From an uncultured delta proteobacterium (GTDB lineage: Bacteria > Myxococcota_A > Polyangia > Polyangiales > JAFGIB01), in NCBI GenBank assembly GCA_963778655.1, contig CAVZVA010000010.1:320001-384000 (forward strand): a DNA stretch of 64,000 bases, given 5' to 3'. The position numbers were made by a program, and so were the translations under genes. Shown here in pieces: positions 1-9,823 of the stretch (its first letter is position 1; every line of letters starts with the position of its first letter). Below the pieces are notes generated by a model. It saw only the letters and a program-made list of their open reading frames with translations, made no database searches and was not told the DNA's origin.

Positions 1-1
1 C

Positions 2-652
2 GAGCCGATCACGGGACTCGGCAGGCTCGGACACGGAGACAAGGAAAACGCCGGCTTCCTGCGCGACGACCCCAGCGACCCATCGTTGCTCGCCATCGTC
101 GTGCTCACGGACGAGGACGACTGTTCGGTCGCCGACACGCACCCCTTCACGCCGCCGCAATACCTCGATCCGGTCGACCCGCTGGTGCAGGAGAGCATGA
201 ACCTACGCTGCCATTACCACCCGCAAGCTCTGTATCCGGTCGAACGCTACGTGAACGGCCTGCAGGATCTGCGCCCCGGCGACGAAGACCTGGTCGTGTT
301 CGCGGCGATCACCGGCGTGCCGCCGGACCAGGTCAGCCAGGACGCCCTCGCCAGCGTCGACTTCAGCGACTCCACCCAGCGCGAGCGTTTCTACCAACGG
401 CTCTTGGCCGACCCGCGCATGCAGGAAGTCGTCGACGACAAGGGCACCGACGACCCTGCCGATGACGCCTTGAACCACTCCTGCATCAGCGCAGGCGGAA
501 CCGCCGACCCCCCGATCCGGATCGTCCAAGTAGCCCAAGGCTTCGGCGCCAACGGCCTGGTCCAATCGATCTGCCAAGAGGACTTCCGTCCGGCGCTCGA
601 CGCGATCGTGGCGAAGCTGGGCGAACGGCTGGTCAAGCGCTGCGGTGAGTGA
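2..652 (+). CDS. Myxobacterial VWA-like protein, C-terminal part (runs off the window start)
   Basis: Frame is open from position 2: ENAGFLRDDPSDPSLLAIVVLTDEDDCS ... VQSICQEDF. This is the GFLR..L.ivvltDEDDCS pattern of myxobacterial VWA-like lipoproteins. Confidence 0.6.
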   Translation, partial: EPITGLGRLGHGDKENAGFLRDDPSDPSLLAIVVLTDEDDCSVADTHPFTPPQYLDPVDPLVQESMNLRCHYHPQALYPVERYVNGLQDLRPGDEDLVVFAAITGVPPDQVSQDALASVDFSDSTQRERFYQRLLADPRMQEVVDDKGTDDPADDALNHSCISAGGTADPPIRIVQVAQGFGANGLVQSICQEDFRPALDAIVAKLGERLVKRCGE

Positions 653-678
653 CGGGGCGTCCGGGCCGGACACGCCGA

Positions 679-2172
679 TCAGTCCGCGGGCAGCAGCGAC
701 ACGTAGCTCTGGTCCGCGCAACCGTCGTCGCCCGCGTCGACCGGCGCCGTCGTCACGCCGCCATCCGGTTGCAACGCCAGCTCGCGCTCGCTGCCGGGCA
801 CGGTGAGGGTGGGCACGCGCGAGCGCAGGTTCGCGTCCTGGTAACCGTTGTTGAGGATGCGCTGACTGATCGGCAGCTCGATGCCCTGGAAATCGTCGAG
901 CACGTCGAGCCCGATCGATTGCAACTGCAGCCGCGCGGTCACGCGCGCCGCGGGCGCGGGCAGCGCGTAGCGGAACACGCGCGTCGCGGCCGCTCCGTCG
1001 GGCGCGGGCGCGGGCACGAGATCGCTCTCGTAGCCCTGCGGGTGCGCGTCGGAGGGCGCGGCCTTCCAGAACATGTGCACCGGCTGCGCGCTCTCGTCGT
1101 AGAGCCGGTCGCGCAGCACCTCGAGCTCGGGCTCGGCCTCGCCCACGACCTCGCCGCTGGCGACCACGCCGCGTTGAAAGATCACGTTGTCGCCGGCGTC
1201 GTAGGCGACCAGCTCGACCCAGGCCCTGCGGTCCTGGGTGGCCCCGCTCGGCCACGCGTGCCCCACGGCGCGATTGGTGAGCGTGACCTCGAAGGTATCG
1301 AACGCGGCGCCGTCGGCCGGCGTGAGCGTGAGCTCGATCGCGCCGGCGAGCTTGCAGGCGATCGCCGCGGTCTGCGCGTCGACGCCAGGGAAACCCTTCT
1401 CGAGCGCGATATCGACGCCCGCCCACAGGTGGCGGTGCAACCTGCGCTCGGGCGCGCCTGCGGCCGCGTGCCCGTCATAGCCGTCCATGTGGCAATCGGC
1501 ACAGGTCTGCTGCCCCGCGCCTTCGTGATCGAAGCGGCTGCCGCGCCACTCCGCGAAGGTGCGCTCGAGCGCGACGCCATTGGTGTTGACGATGTCGTGG
1601 CAGGCCCCGCACAGCGCGGCCGAGTCGAGCCGGCTGCCGTCGTGCAGCGCGGAGTACTTGCTGCGGTGGGCGCTGTTGGCGAGCGCCGCGCTCGCGTTGC
1701 GCGGGTCGGCCGCGTCCTTGCCGCCGCCCAGGCCGCCGCGCATGGTCGCATCGTGCGCCAGCGAGAGCGCCCGGTTGTGGTCGCCGTCCACCGCGCGCGC
1801 GTCGTGACAGAAGTAGCAGGTCACGCCGCGCGCGTTGGGATCGGTGAGATCGGGCAGGTTGAGCCCGTCCTGGGTCAAGCCCAGCTCGAGCGCCATCGGC
1901 GCGTGACACTTGACGCAGAAGCCGCCGAGCGCGCCGCCGGTTTCGATCTGTCCGCGCTCGTTCATCGCGATGAACACCGGGTCGGTGGCCGCGTACGCGT
2001 GCATGCTGGTCTGCCACTCCCGATAGTGCTCGGCGTGGCAGCCCTTGCAGGTCTCCGGGTCCTGCAGCGCCTCGATCGAGGCGCTGGGCTGCACCGATTG
2101 CGCCGGCGCGGCCGCCTGGCCGCAGCCCAGCAGCGTGAGCATCAGCACGACCGCTCGGCCTTCCGCGCGCAT
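679..2172 (-). CDS. Pentaheme c-type cytochrome lipoprotein (c554-like)
   Basis: Five CXXCH motifs (CKGCH, CVKCH, CYFCH, CGACH, CADCH), lipobox LLGC, and WQTSMHAYA and GHAWPSG motifs. Confidence 0.85.
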   Translation of the reverse strand: MRAEGRAVVLMLTLLGCGQAAAPAQSVQPSASIEALQDPETCKGCHAEHYREWQTSMHAYAATDPVFIAMNERGQIETGGALGGFCVKCHAPMALELGLTQDGLNLPDLTDPNARGVTCYFCHDARAVDGDHNRALSLAHDATMRGGLGGGKDAADPRNASAALANSAHRSKYSALHDGSRLDSAALCGACHDIVNTNGVALERTFAEWRGSRFDHEGAGQQTCADCHMDGYDGHAAAGAPERRLHRHLWAGVDIALEKGFPGVDAQTAAIACKLAGAIELTLTPADGAAFDTFEVTLTNRAVGHAWPSGATQDRRAWVELVAYDAGDNVIFQRGVVASGEVVGEAEPELEVLRDRLYDESAQPVHMFWKAAPSDAHPQGYESDLVPAPAPDGAAATRVFRYALPAPAARVTARLQLQSIGLDVLDDFQGIELPISQRILNNGYQDANLRSRVPTLTVPGSERELALQPDGGVTTAPVDAGDDGCADQSYVSLLPAD

Positions 2173-2187
2173 GCCGCACCCGCGCGC

Positions 2188-3981
2188 TCAGCCCGGGATC
2201 TTGAGGTACTCGCGCAGTCGCCCCAGGCGCGCGAACTCGCGCCGCGTGGTGGGGCCGAGCGGCCTGCCTCCGAGCCAGTACAGCGGCCCCAGCTCGCCCT
2301 CGACCTCGCGCTTGAGCTGCGCCATCGCGCCCTGCTGGATCTCGCAGCGGCGCGCCTGAACGTCGATGTTGAACAGCTTGGCCGAGTTCAGGCCGAGGAT
2401 CTTGCGCTTGAGGTCCTGGGTCAGCTCCGGGTAGCCGTACTGCGACTGAAACTGCGATGTGATGTTGAAATTCCAGAACGCGTCGACGTAGGGCTGGGGC
2501 TTGGAGGTCCAGATCGCGTCGCTGCCCCACAGCAGGTTGTCCTCGCCCACGTACAGCAGCAGCTTGCCGATCACGTGCGCGGCCTGCGTGGGGTCGTTCA
2601 TGATCTGGTTCCAGACGCCGCCCACCTCGGCGTAGATGTTCTGGTTGGGCCCGATGCCGCTGCCCTTCATCACGGTGATCAGCGCGTCGACGCCGGTCAT
2701 CGAGCCGTCTTGATAGGCGCCCTCGGCGGCGCCAAACACGCTGCCGTTGAAGCCGTAGCTCGAGTGGTAGACCACCCAGTTGGTGTCCGGGTAGGCCTTG
2801 GCCACGGGGCCGATGTCGCGCGGCGAGCAGTGATCGGAGTTGAACAGCGGCGCGGGCAGACCTTTGTGACAGCAGAAGGTCTTGATACCGGTCTGCCTCG
2901 CCTTCTCGATGAAGGGGATCCCCACCGCCATGTCGTCGAGCCAGAAACCGTCGGGCGCGTTGCCCCACACGTTGGAAGGCCCCCACTCGGTATGCACCTT
3001 CCAGCAGATGACCTTCTGCTCCTGGACCAGCTTGTCCATGCCGTCGAGCTGCGCCTGCAGGTTGTTGTTCGGCAGCACCTGGCCCTGGATCACCACGCGC
3101 TGCGAGTGCGCCAGCATGTTGATGTAGTCGCGCGAGGCGGCCATCTCGGGATTGGTGATTGGCAGCTCGCTCTCCACCGCGGGCACGGCCGAGAGCATGG
3201 CCAGGGTGGTGTGGCTCTGCACGAACATCAGATCGATGTACTCATCCTGCAGAAAGCACCCCGGCAGCCCCTTGCCGCAGCTCGCCTGGGCCGGATAGCC
3301 GAGGTTGAAGAACTGCGTGTAGGAGTCGTTGCCCACGCGATCGATGTGGTGGGTCTGCAGATCGAAAACGAACTCCTGGGTGGGGTCGAGCATGTTGGCC
3401 GCGGTGCAGGCGGGGTCCATCGGATCGCCGACGCTGTAGCTGCCGCCGACGCCGCCCGCGTCGGCGCCGCCCGTCCCGCCCGTCCCGCCGCTCATGCCGG
3501 CGCTGCCCGTGCCGCCGCTGCCGCTACCGCCCGCGCCGCCGGAGCTGCCGCCCGTGCCGCTCGCGCTGCTGCCGCCGCTGCCGGTGCCGGCGCCCATGCC
3601 GCTGCTCTGGCCGGCCGCTCCACTGCCGCCCGTCCCCGGCGAGCCCGCGCCGCCCCTTCCCGTAACCAAAGGACCGCCGCTGCCGCTGCCGCTGCCGCCG
3701 CCGCCCTGGGCGCGCTTGGCGCTGCACCCCGCCACGTAGTTGATCACCGCCAGCGTGGTCGCCATGCCCATGCTGCTGGCCAGAAACTGGCGGCGCTCGA
3801 TGCCGTGCTTGCGCGCGCCTTCGTCCGCGCGCTCGAGGATCAACTGGCGGATCAGCCGCTCACGCGGTGTCTGCGCGTGAAAGTACTCCCCATTGCTGTG
3901 GTTGCCGAACCAGATCGGAGGCTCGAGCTCGGGTTCGGGTCGCGACTTCTTGATCAGCTTCAACCATGGATAACGGCGCAC
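2188..3981 (-). CDS. Amidohydrolase_2-family metallohydrolase with an internal twin-arginine/lipoprotein signal and Gly/Ser linker
   Basis: Metal-site motifs DLQTHH, HKG, YHS, WGSD; C-terminal KILGLNSAKLF; ERRQFL...VAGC at about residues 61-85. Confidence 0.8.
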   Translation of the reverse strand: MRRYPWLKLIKKSRPEPELEPPIWFGNHSNGEYFHAQTPRERLIRQLILERADEGARKHGIERRQFLASSMGMATTLAVINYVAGCSAKRAQGGGGSGSGSGGPLVTGRGGAGSPGTGGSGAAGQSSGMGAGTGSGGSSASGTGGSSGGAGGSGSGGTGSAGMSGGTGGTGGADAGGVGGSYSVGDPMDPACTAANMLDPTQEFVFDLQTHHIDRVGNDSYTQFFNLGYPAQASCGKGLPGCFLQDEYIDLMFVQSHTTLAMLSAVPAVESELPITNPEMAASRDYINMLAHSQRVVIQGQVLPNNNLQAQLDGMDKLVQEQKVICWKVHTEWGPSNVWGNAPDGFWLDDMAVGIPFIEKARQTGIKTFCCHKGLPAPLFNSDHCSPRDIGPVAKAYPDTNWVVYHSSYGFNGSVFGAAEGAYQDGSMTGVDALITVMKGSGIGPNQNIYAEVGGVWNQIMNDPTQAAHVIGKLLLYVGEDNLLWGSDAIWTSKPQPYVDAFWNFNITSQFQSQYGYPELTQDLKRKILGLNSAKLFNIDVQARRCEIQQGAMAQLKREVEGELGPLYWLGGRPLGPTTRREFARLGRLREYLKIPG

Positions 3982-4342
3982 GCTTCACTCCCACTGACCC
4001 ACCCCGTCCAACCACGCTCCCGCTGCGTACTGTAGACCAGTGCCTGGCGCTCGGCACCCCGAGTCGGGCCTCTTGCGGCAGCCCCTGCTCCGCAACCTAC
4101 AGCCCGTGAGCGCATTCTATAAGCAGGCCAAATGGAACGCGCCCGGCGCCGCGCATGTCGCCTGCACGGAGACACCCGCCCCAAGCTGGGGTCGCGGACA
4201 ACGGCAACGTCGAGACACGCGCGGGACCGCTCGGCGTGCGTAACCGGCGCGAAACGCGGGCGCACGGGGGCGGAGCGCGTTGCCTCACGCCGGCCGAAGT
4301 GCCGCGAGCGCTGTACTCGGCGCCCGCTCCGGGACATGGTTG

Positions 4343-4870
4343 ATGCAAGCCGTGCGTTCTTCACCGTCAGCTCGACGCTCCTGGCTCACCCACACGCTGT
4401 TGCTCTGCTCGGCGCTGGCGTGCTGCTCGAGCACGGTCCCGGCGGAGTCCGAGCCGGCCACCGCCCCGGCCGGCGCGAGGAGCGCCGGCGGGGAAGGCGC
4501 GGCCGTGGCTTCCCCGGCCTCGGCGCCGCGCGCCGGCTGCCGCGTGCGTCAGGCCCAGCGCACGTTCGTCGGTTTTGCCGAGCACCAGTCGCTGGACGAC
4601 TTCGAAGCCACCGCGCTCGAAGCCGAGCGCGTGCTGCACATGCTCAAGGCCGAGCTCTGCCGGCCGCACGCCGCTTCGTCCTCGGATCCGAAGCTCCGCG
4701 CCGCCATCGGCGCGGGCCTGCTGGAGATCACCGCGGTTCGCTTCACGCGGGCGGATCTGAGCGCGGCCACTGCCGAGCTCCGCGAGCCCGAGCCTGCCAC
4801 GCAAGCGCGCTGGCTGCTGCAATGCGCACGCACCGACACCGGCTGGCAGATCGTCTCGACGCAGCCCTGA
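4343..4870 (+). CDS. Hypothetical lipoprotein
   Basis: ATG at 4343; hydrophobic LLLCSALAC followed by an Ala/Pro linker. Confidence 0.55.
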   Translation: MQAVRSSPSARRSWLTHTLLLCSALACCSSTVPAESEPATAPAGARSAGGEGAAVASPASAPRAGCRVRQAQRTFVGFAEHQSLDDFEATALEAERVLHMLKAELCRPHAASSSDPKLRAAIGAGLLEITAVRFTRADLSAATAELREPEPATQARWLLQCARTDTGWQIVSTQP

Positions 4871-5027
4871 AGGCGCGCTGCGCTGGGACCGCGGCCGCCA
4901 AGCCGACCGGCTCCGCGCCTGCCGCGCCGCCATGACGCTTGCGCACAAGAGCAGCGCGACCTCGAGCTCGCGGCGGAGGCGCCCGGCTGGCTCGTACGCC
5001 GCCGCGCACCGCCCGTTCGGCGTCCCG

Positions 5028-6287
5028 CTACGGCGCGGCGCACATCAGCGGGCCCGCGCAGGTGCCGTCGCTGCCGCAGCTTCCACTGTAGCACTCCGCG
5101 GAATCGCCGCAGGCGCCGCCGACCTGCTGTAGTGCACGACAGGTGTCGCTGATGCAGATCGAATCGGGCGCGCACACCGGGGCGCGATTGGCGCTCAGGC
5201 AGGCTTGGCCGTCGCCCGGGCGGTCGCTGCAGACTCCGTCCGCGCCCGGCGCGGTCGCGTCGCAGTACTGCGAGGCCGGACACGGGTCGGGTTGGCCGCG
5301 CTTGCAGCCCGCGCCCGCGCCCACCGGCGGCTGGCAGGTGCCGTTGCTGGCGTCGACGCTGGTGCACACCAGCCCCGGCACGCACAGCGCGCTCACCGGA
5401 TCGCAGCTCTCGTCCTGCTGCTTGCTGTACAGGGTGTCGAGCGTCGCACACTGCGGACCCGAGCCCTGATCCAAACACACAAGGCCCGGCTTGCACTTGG
5501 GCGTGGTGTCGTCGCAGGTCTGGCCCACGTTGCCGAGCGGCGCGCAGGTGCCGCGGAAGCAGATCAGGCCGTCCTGGCATTGCGCGTCGTCATTGTTGTC
5601 GCAAGGCATGTCCTGGCTCTGCAGCGGCGCGCAAACGCCCGGACAAGTCGCGAGCATGCCCTTGGCGCAAAACGCGTCGGACTGACAGTCGAGGTCGATC
5701 GTGCACTCGTCGGCGGTGAGCTTGGTGCCGGTGAGCAGCCGGCGGCAGCTCTCGGGCAGGCGGCTCGCGCGCACGTCGCAGCCGAGCGCGCGCACGTCAC
5801 TCAAGCAGCCCTGCAGTTCCGAGGGCTTGTACACCACCAGCCCCGCCTTCACCGAATCGGGCAGATAGCGCAGCTCCCCGTTGCGCAGCAGGTTCTCGTT
5901 GAGGGTCACGCAATCACGGCCCCCGAGCGTGTCGGTGAGCAACTCGGCGTTGCCGTAGCACTGCATCAGCGCGTCGCAGGTCGCCGCCGCCAGCTGCGCC
6001 GGCCAGGCCTCCGCCCCGGCCATCGGCCCGCCCGCGTCGCCCGCGCCGCCCGCATCCATGCTCGCGTCGGGCGCCACGCCGCCATCCTCGTCGGCGCCCA
6101 TCCCGCCGCCGTCGGGCATGCTGCCCATGGGGCCGGCGTCGGCGTGCGCGTCCGGGCCGCCGCCGTCCTGGTCGAAGAACGAGGCGTCGAAATCCTTGCC
6201 GAAGTGCACATTCGTCCCGCAGCCCGCAGCCGCGAGCATGGCGGCCCCAAGCACGAGCGCTGCGCGCGTTGTTCCGTCTTGCCTCAT
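5028..6287 (-). CDS. Cys-rich (Dickkopf-like repeat) lipoprotein
   Basis: Start MRQDGTT, lipobox AAGC, DAG-rich linker, many C-x-C repeats. Confidence 0.75.
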   Translation of the reverse strand: MRQDGTTRAALVLGAAMLAAAGCGTNVHFGKDFDASFFDQDGGGPDAHADAGPMGSMPDGGGMGADEDGGVAPDASMDAGGAGDAGGPMAGAEAWPAQLAAATCDALMQCYGNAELLTDTLGGRDCVTLNENLLRNGELRYLPDSVKAGLVVYKPSELQGCLSDVRALGCDVRASRLPESCRRLLTGTKLTADECTIDLDCQSDAFCAKGMLATCPGVCAPLQSQDMPCDNNDDAQCQDGLICFRGTCAPLGNVGQTCDDTTPKCKPGLVCLDQGSGPQCATLDTLYSKQQDESCDPVSALCVPGLVCTSVDASNGTCQPPVGAGAGCKRGQPDPCPASQYCDATAPGADGVCSDRPGDGQACLSANRAPVCAPDSICISDTCRALQQVGGACGDSAECYSGSCGSDGTCAGPLMCAAP

Positions 6288-6539
6288 CTCGATACCCTCG
6301 CTCCTTGCGCGCAGGATACGGCGCGACGGCCGCGCTCGAAAGCATTTGCCGCCCGGGAAGGTCACATCCCAGGCAACCCCGGGCCCGAGGCACCCGCCTC
6401 CGCCGGGTTTCCTGCGCTCCTCCCAAGCGGTGGGAAGCCTTCCAAGTCCGACGGCCGCGCCGCGACAAGCTTCACCCGTGCGCCATGTCCGGCCGGCCCG
6501 CACGGCGGCCGGCTCGAAGGGCCCGGCGTTCAGAGGCGG

Positions 6540-8810
6540 CTACCGAGCAGGCGCGTTGCCCAAAGCGCCGGTCGCGCCGAGCGCCTCCAGGTAGTACCAG
6601 CCGATGCCCGCGAACAGCAGCGCGGTCGAGCTCTGAAAGTGACGCCCGAGATCGGGGTCGAGCACGGTCCAGTACTGCGCGACGCACACCGCGAGCCAGG
6701 GCAAGGCCGCCCGTGCGAGCGAAGGCGAGGCGGCCTCAGACGCGGGCGCCGCCAGCGGCTCCCGCCCGGCCGCGGTGCCCAGCAGCGGCAGCAGGCACAC
6801 GAAGTGGTCGTAGTAGTTCGAGGGATTGGCGAGCACCGGGATCAACGGCAGCGCGAGCACCGCGGCCTGGTCGAGCCGGCGGCCGCGGCCGGCGAAGAGC
6901 GCAACCGCAACGCACACAAGCAGCGCGCACAAGTACAGTGGCAGCCGCGCGCGCAGCGTCTTGTCGGTCGACTCCAGGCCCCCGATCAGCGCCTTGAGGC
7001 TCTCGTCGTTGACCGCGAGCTGACTGTTGAGCAGCGTGACCTTGTGCCACCAGGCGATCCACGCGCCCGGCGAGTACAGCGCGGTCGTGAGCAACAGCAG
7101 CACCAGCATGCAGCCGGCCGCGCCGGCCAGCACCAGCAGCGCGGGCCGCTGCTGCGCGAGCAGCGCCCGCAACGCGGGCGGCCGGCCCTCGCGCCGCCAC
7201 TGCTCGACCACCCAGAAGCCGAGCGTGGCCGTGACGCCGATCAACGCGGCGCCGGGAAACGCGCGGATCATCACGCTCAGCCCGAACAACACGCCGGCGA
7301 GCACAAAACGCCGCGCGTGCAGCGCGCAGACGCCGAAGCCGAGGTACACCAGCCAGTCGTGGCGCAGAGTCGCGCCGCCCCAGTTGGTACCGAACATGTA
7401 GAAGTCGTTGGCGCCGAACACCACCATCGAGACCAGCATCGGGCGCAGGCCGAAGCTACGCCACACCACCGCGAACATCAGCGCGAACAGCATCAAGTCG
7501 AGCAGCCCGCCCATCAGCAGCACCTGCTCGCTGGCGAGGCGGGAGCCGAAGAAGAGCCGGGCGAACAGCACCCACACCGGCGTGGCGTTGGCCCCATGAT
7601 CGGACAAGGTCGCGAGGTAGTCGGGTCCCATCACCTCGCGGAAGTAGCGCATGTCGCGCTTGAACGAACGCCAGCGCGGCGCGCTGAAGCGCGCGCGCAC
7701 CTGCCGCAACGGCTCGGCGAGCTCGCGCAGGCGGTGGATGCTGTGGTCGTTGAGATCGCGCACCACCGTGTTGCCGACCGAGGCGAGCGTCGCGCCGGGA
7801 ACGTCCTCGAGGTAGGCCTGCGCGCTCGCCAGGTAGACGCCGTCGTATCCGAGCTCCTCGAAGTACTTGGCGAACGGGTAGTACACCCGCATGTCGGTGG
7901 TGTGGACGAACTCGGGCCGACCCTCGAGCGAGTTCCAAAACTGCGACCGGCCGAGGTTGTAGAAGGACGCGAACGCCAGCCCGCCGCACAGCGCGAGCAC
8001 CCCCAGCACCACGCCGCGATGGGCGGCAAAGCGCGGGCGAAACCAGCCCTCGCGCAACAGCGCCAGCCCCGCCACCGCCGCAGTCAGCGCGCGCAGCAAC
8101 GACAGCTCGCGCGCCTGCACCGGCCAGGCCCCGACCAGCGCGTGCCACAGCACGTAGCCGCTCGCCAGCGGCGCGAGCGCGGCCAGCGCGAGCCACAGCG
8201 GCCCGCTGCGGCGGCCGGTCGCGAACAGCATGATCACCAGGCCGAGGCCGAAGCCGAGCAGCGCGTTGCGCAACCTCGGCCCGTAGCCCACGCCCTCCCT
8301 CACCTCCAGCTCGGGCGGCAGGTGCGACGGCCGGCTCGAATACAGCGCCAGCTCGGCGAGCGAGTAGTTGCCGTCGCCCTTGCGCGGGGACACGCGCACG
8401 AAGCGCGCCGAGCCGTGCAGGGTCGAGACGCTACGGCCGCGCAGGCCGGGCGCCCCGAGCGACGCCGCCAGCCATAGATCGGTGAAGTGCTTGCCGTCGC
8501 CGGAGACCTGCACTAGGTAGGCGTCGTTATTGTCGCCCTGCAGGTAACCGGCCTCGATCGGCTGCACGCGTCCGAGGTCGTACTCCACGTACGCCGAGCT
8601 GGAGAGGAAGACCGCGGTGACGTCCGTGCTCCAATCGTCGCCCTCGGGCGCGACCACGCCGTCGGTGAGCACGCGCGCGTTGCGCACCCCGTTCAGCCGC
8701 GAGGGCGCGCGCCCCGCCAGCAGGTCGGGCGGCTCCGCCCGCGCCTGCGCCGCCACCAGCAACAAGAGCGGCAGCAGCAGCACGGACACGCGCGTGTGAG
8801 TGGCAAGCAT
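6540..8810 (-). CDS. Membrane protein with an N-terminal discoidin/F5-8C-like domain and a GT-C (GT87-like) multi-TM region
   Basis: Signal peptide; VEYDLG..., YLVQVSGDG, ARFVRV, SLAELALY (discoidin-like); then many TM helices with DMRVYY, NATPVW and IRAFPG motifs. Confidence 0.65.
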   Translation of the reverse strand: MLATHTRVSVLLLPLLLLVAAQARAEPPDLLAGRAPSRLNGVRNARVLTDGVVAPEGDDWSTDVTAVFLSSSAYVEYDLGRVQPIEAGYLQGDNNDAYLVQVSGDGKHFTDLWLAASLGAPGLRGRSVSTLHGSARFVRVSPRKGDGNYSLAELALYSSRPSHLPPELEVREGVGYGPRLRNALLGFGLGLVIMLFATGRRSGPLWLALAALAPLASGYVLWHALVGAWPVQARELSLLRALTAAVAGLALLREGWFRPRFAAHRGVVLGVLALCGGLAFASFYNLGRSQFWNSLEGRPEFVHTTDMRVYYPFAKYFEELGYDGVYLASAQAYLEDVPGATLASVGNTVVRDLNDHSIHRLRELAEPLRQVRARFSAPRWRSFKRDMRYFREVMGPDYLATLSDHGANATPVWVLFARLFFGSRLASEQVLLMGGLLDLMLFALMFAVVWRSFGLRPMLVSMVVFGANDFYMFGTNWGGATLRHDWLVYLGFGVCALHARRFVLAGVLFGLSVMIRAFPGAALIGVTATLGFWVVEQWRREGRPPALRALLAQQRPALLVLAGAAGCMLVLLLLTTALYSPGAWIAWWHKVTLLNSQLAVNDESLKALIGGLESTDKTLRARLPLYLCALLVCVAVALFAGRGRRLDQAAVLALPLIPVLANPSNYYDHFVCLLPLLGTAAGREPLAAPASEAASPSLARAALPWLAVCVAQYWTVLDPDLGRHFQSSTALLFAGIGWYYLEALGATGALGNAPAR

Positions 8811-8898
8811 GGAAGCGGCCTGGGTGCGGCGGGCGCCGCATCATCGCTCCGAACGCCGCTTCCAGGAAGGGGCTTAGGGCGCGGGGAACAGGCAGCGC

Positions 8899-9723
8899 TC
8901 AGCGCAGCGTGCCGCGGGGACGCAGCGCCTCCTGACGCTCGGGCGAGAGCCCGGAGCGCGCGAGGTCGCTGGCGCTGGCGATGCCGGTGATGCCCACCAG
9001 ATCCATCACCACGATGTGGCCGACGTGCAGCGCGACGCCCTGGCTGGCAGCGCGGTGCACGGGAAACGCGGGCGGAAGGCACAACAGTCGCGGGTCGTAC
9101 CAGTCCTCCACCCGCGAAGGCGCAGGCCCGCGCTCCGCGCTCAGGGCATCGATCTGCCCGAAGACGCCGATGGGAAGATCGCCGTCGGTCACGACCAGCG
9201 CATGAACGCCGGCGGTGCTCAGGCGCTCGAGCGCAACCTCGACCGGATCGACGCAGCGCACCGTCGCGACCGACTTGGTCATCACCGCGGCCAGTGGCTC
9301 GGGCACGCGATCGTCGGCCACAGCCCGCATGGCGTCGTGCAGGCTGAAGATGCCGACCAGCCGGCCATCCTCGATCACGCACAGCCGGTGCACGCGCTCG
9401 CCCAGCATGTGGTCGACCGCCTGCTCGACACGCGCCGCCGCAGTGGTGGCCAGCGGGTTGCGGGTCATGATCTCGCGCGCCGGCTGCTCCGGCAGCTCCA
9501 GCTGTGGCCGCTGCCAGCGCGCACCCTTGCGCACGACGCCCACCTGCAACAGATCGGCGAGCGAGATCAAGCCGACCAGCGCACCGCCGTCGCCGAGCAC
9601 CGGCGCCGCCGACACGCCGTGCCGCTGCAGCTCGCTCAGCACCTGCGGCAGCGGGGTGTGCTCCTGCACGCAGCACACTTGCGTGGCCATGTACTCGCGC
9701 ACCGCACGCTGGAAGTATCGCAC
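8899..9723 (-). CDS. CBS-domain protein (two Bateman pairs)
   Basis: VREYM, AREIM and LAAVM starts, with GLISLADL, GIFSLHDA and GVFGQIDA CBS motifs. GTG start at 9723 is inferred. Confidence 0.8.
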   Translation of the reverse strand: MRYFQRAVREYMATQVCCVQEHTPLPQVLSELQRHGVSAAPVLGDGGALVGLISLADLLQVGVVRKGARWQRPQLELPEQPAREIMTRNPLATTAAARVEQAVDHMLGERVHRLCVIEDGRLVGIFSLHDAMRAVADDRVPEPLAAVMTKSVATVRCVDPVEVALERLSTAGVHALVVTDGDLPIGVFGQIDALSAERGPAPSRVEDWYDPRLLCLPPAFPVHRAASQGVALHVGHIVVMDLVGITGIASASDLARSGLSPERQEALRPRGTLR

Positions 9724-9823
9724 GGCCGAACAGGTACGCGCGCGGCCGGCTGCGGCAACACTGGCCGCCGGAGCGCGCGCGACTACTTCCCAATTGCGGC
9801 TAACACCGGACGCGAACGCAGTG

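Noticed and set aside
3430..3710. GCC-rich low-complexity DNA repeat
   Set aside because: It encodes the Gly/Ser linker of the amidohydrolase.
649..4035. 1128-aa + strand ORF, and similar long ORFs at 5205-8477, 16743-19130, 37651-39828, 51120-53174 and 59667-61826
   Set aside because: Antisense shadows of real genes in high-GC DNA; Arg/Ala/Gly-rich with no motifs.
4230..4275. c-di-GMP-I riboswitch-like GAAA loop
   Set aside because: Stem pairing is poor and the second hairpin is missing.
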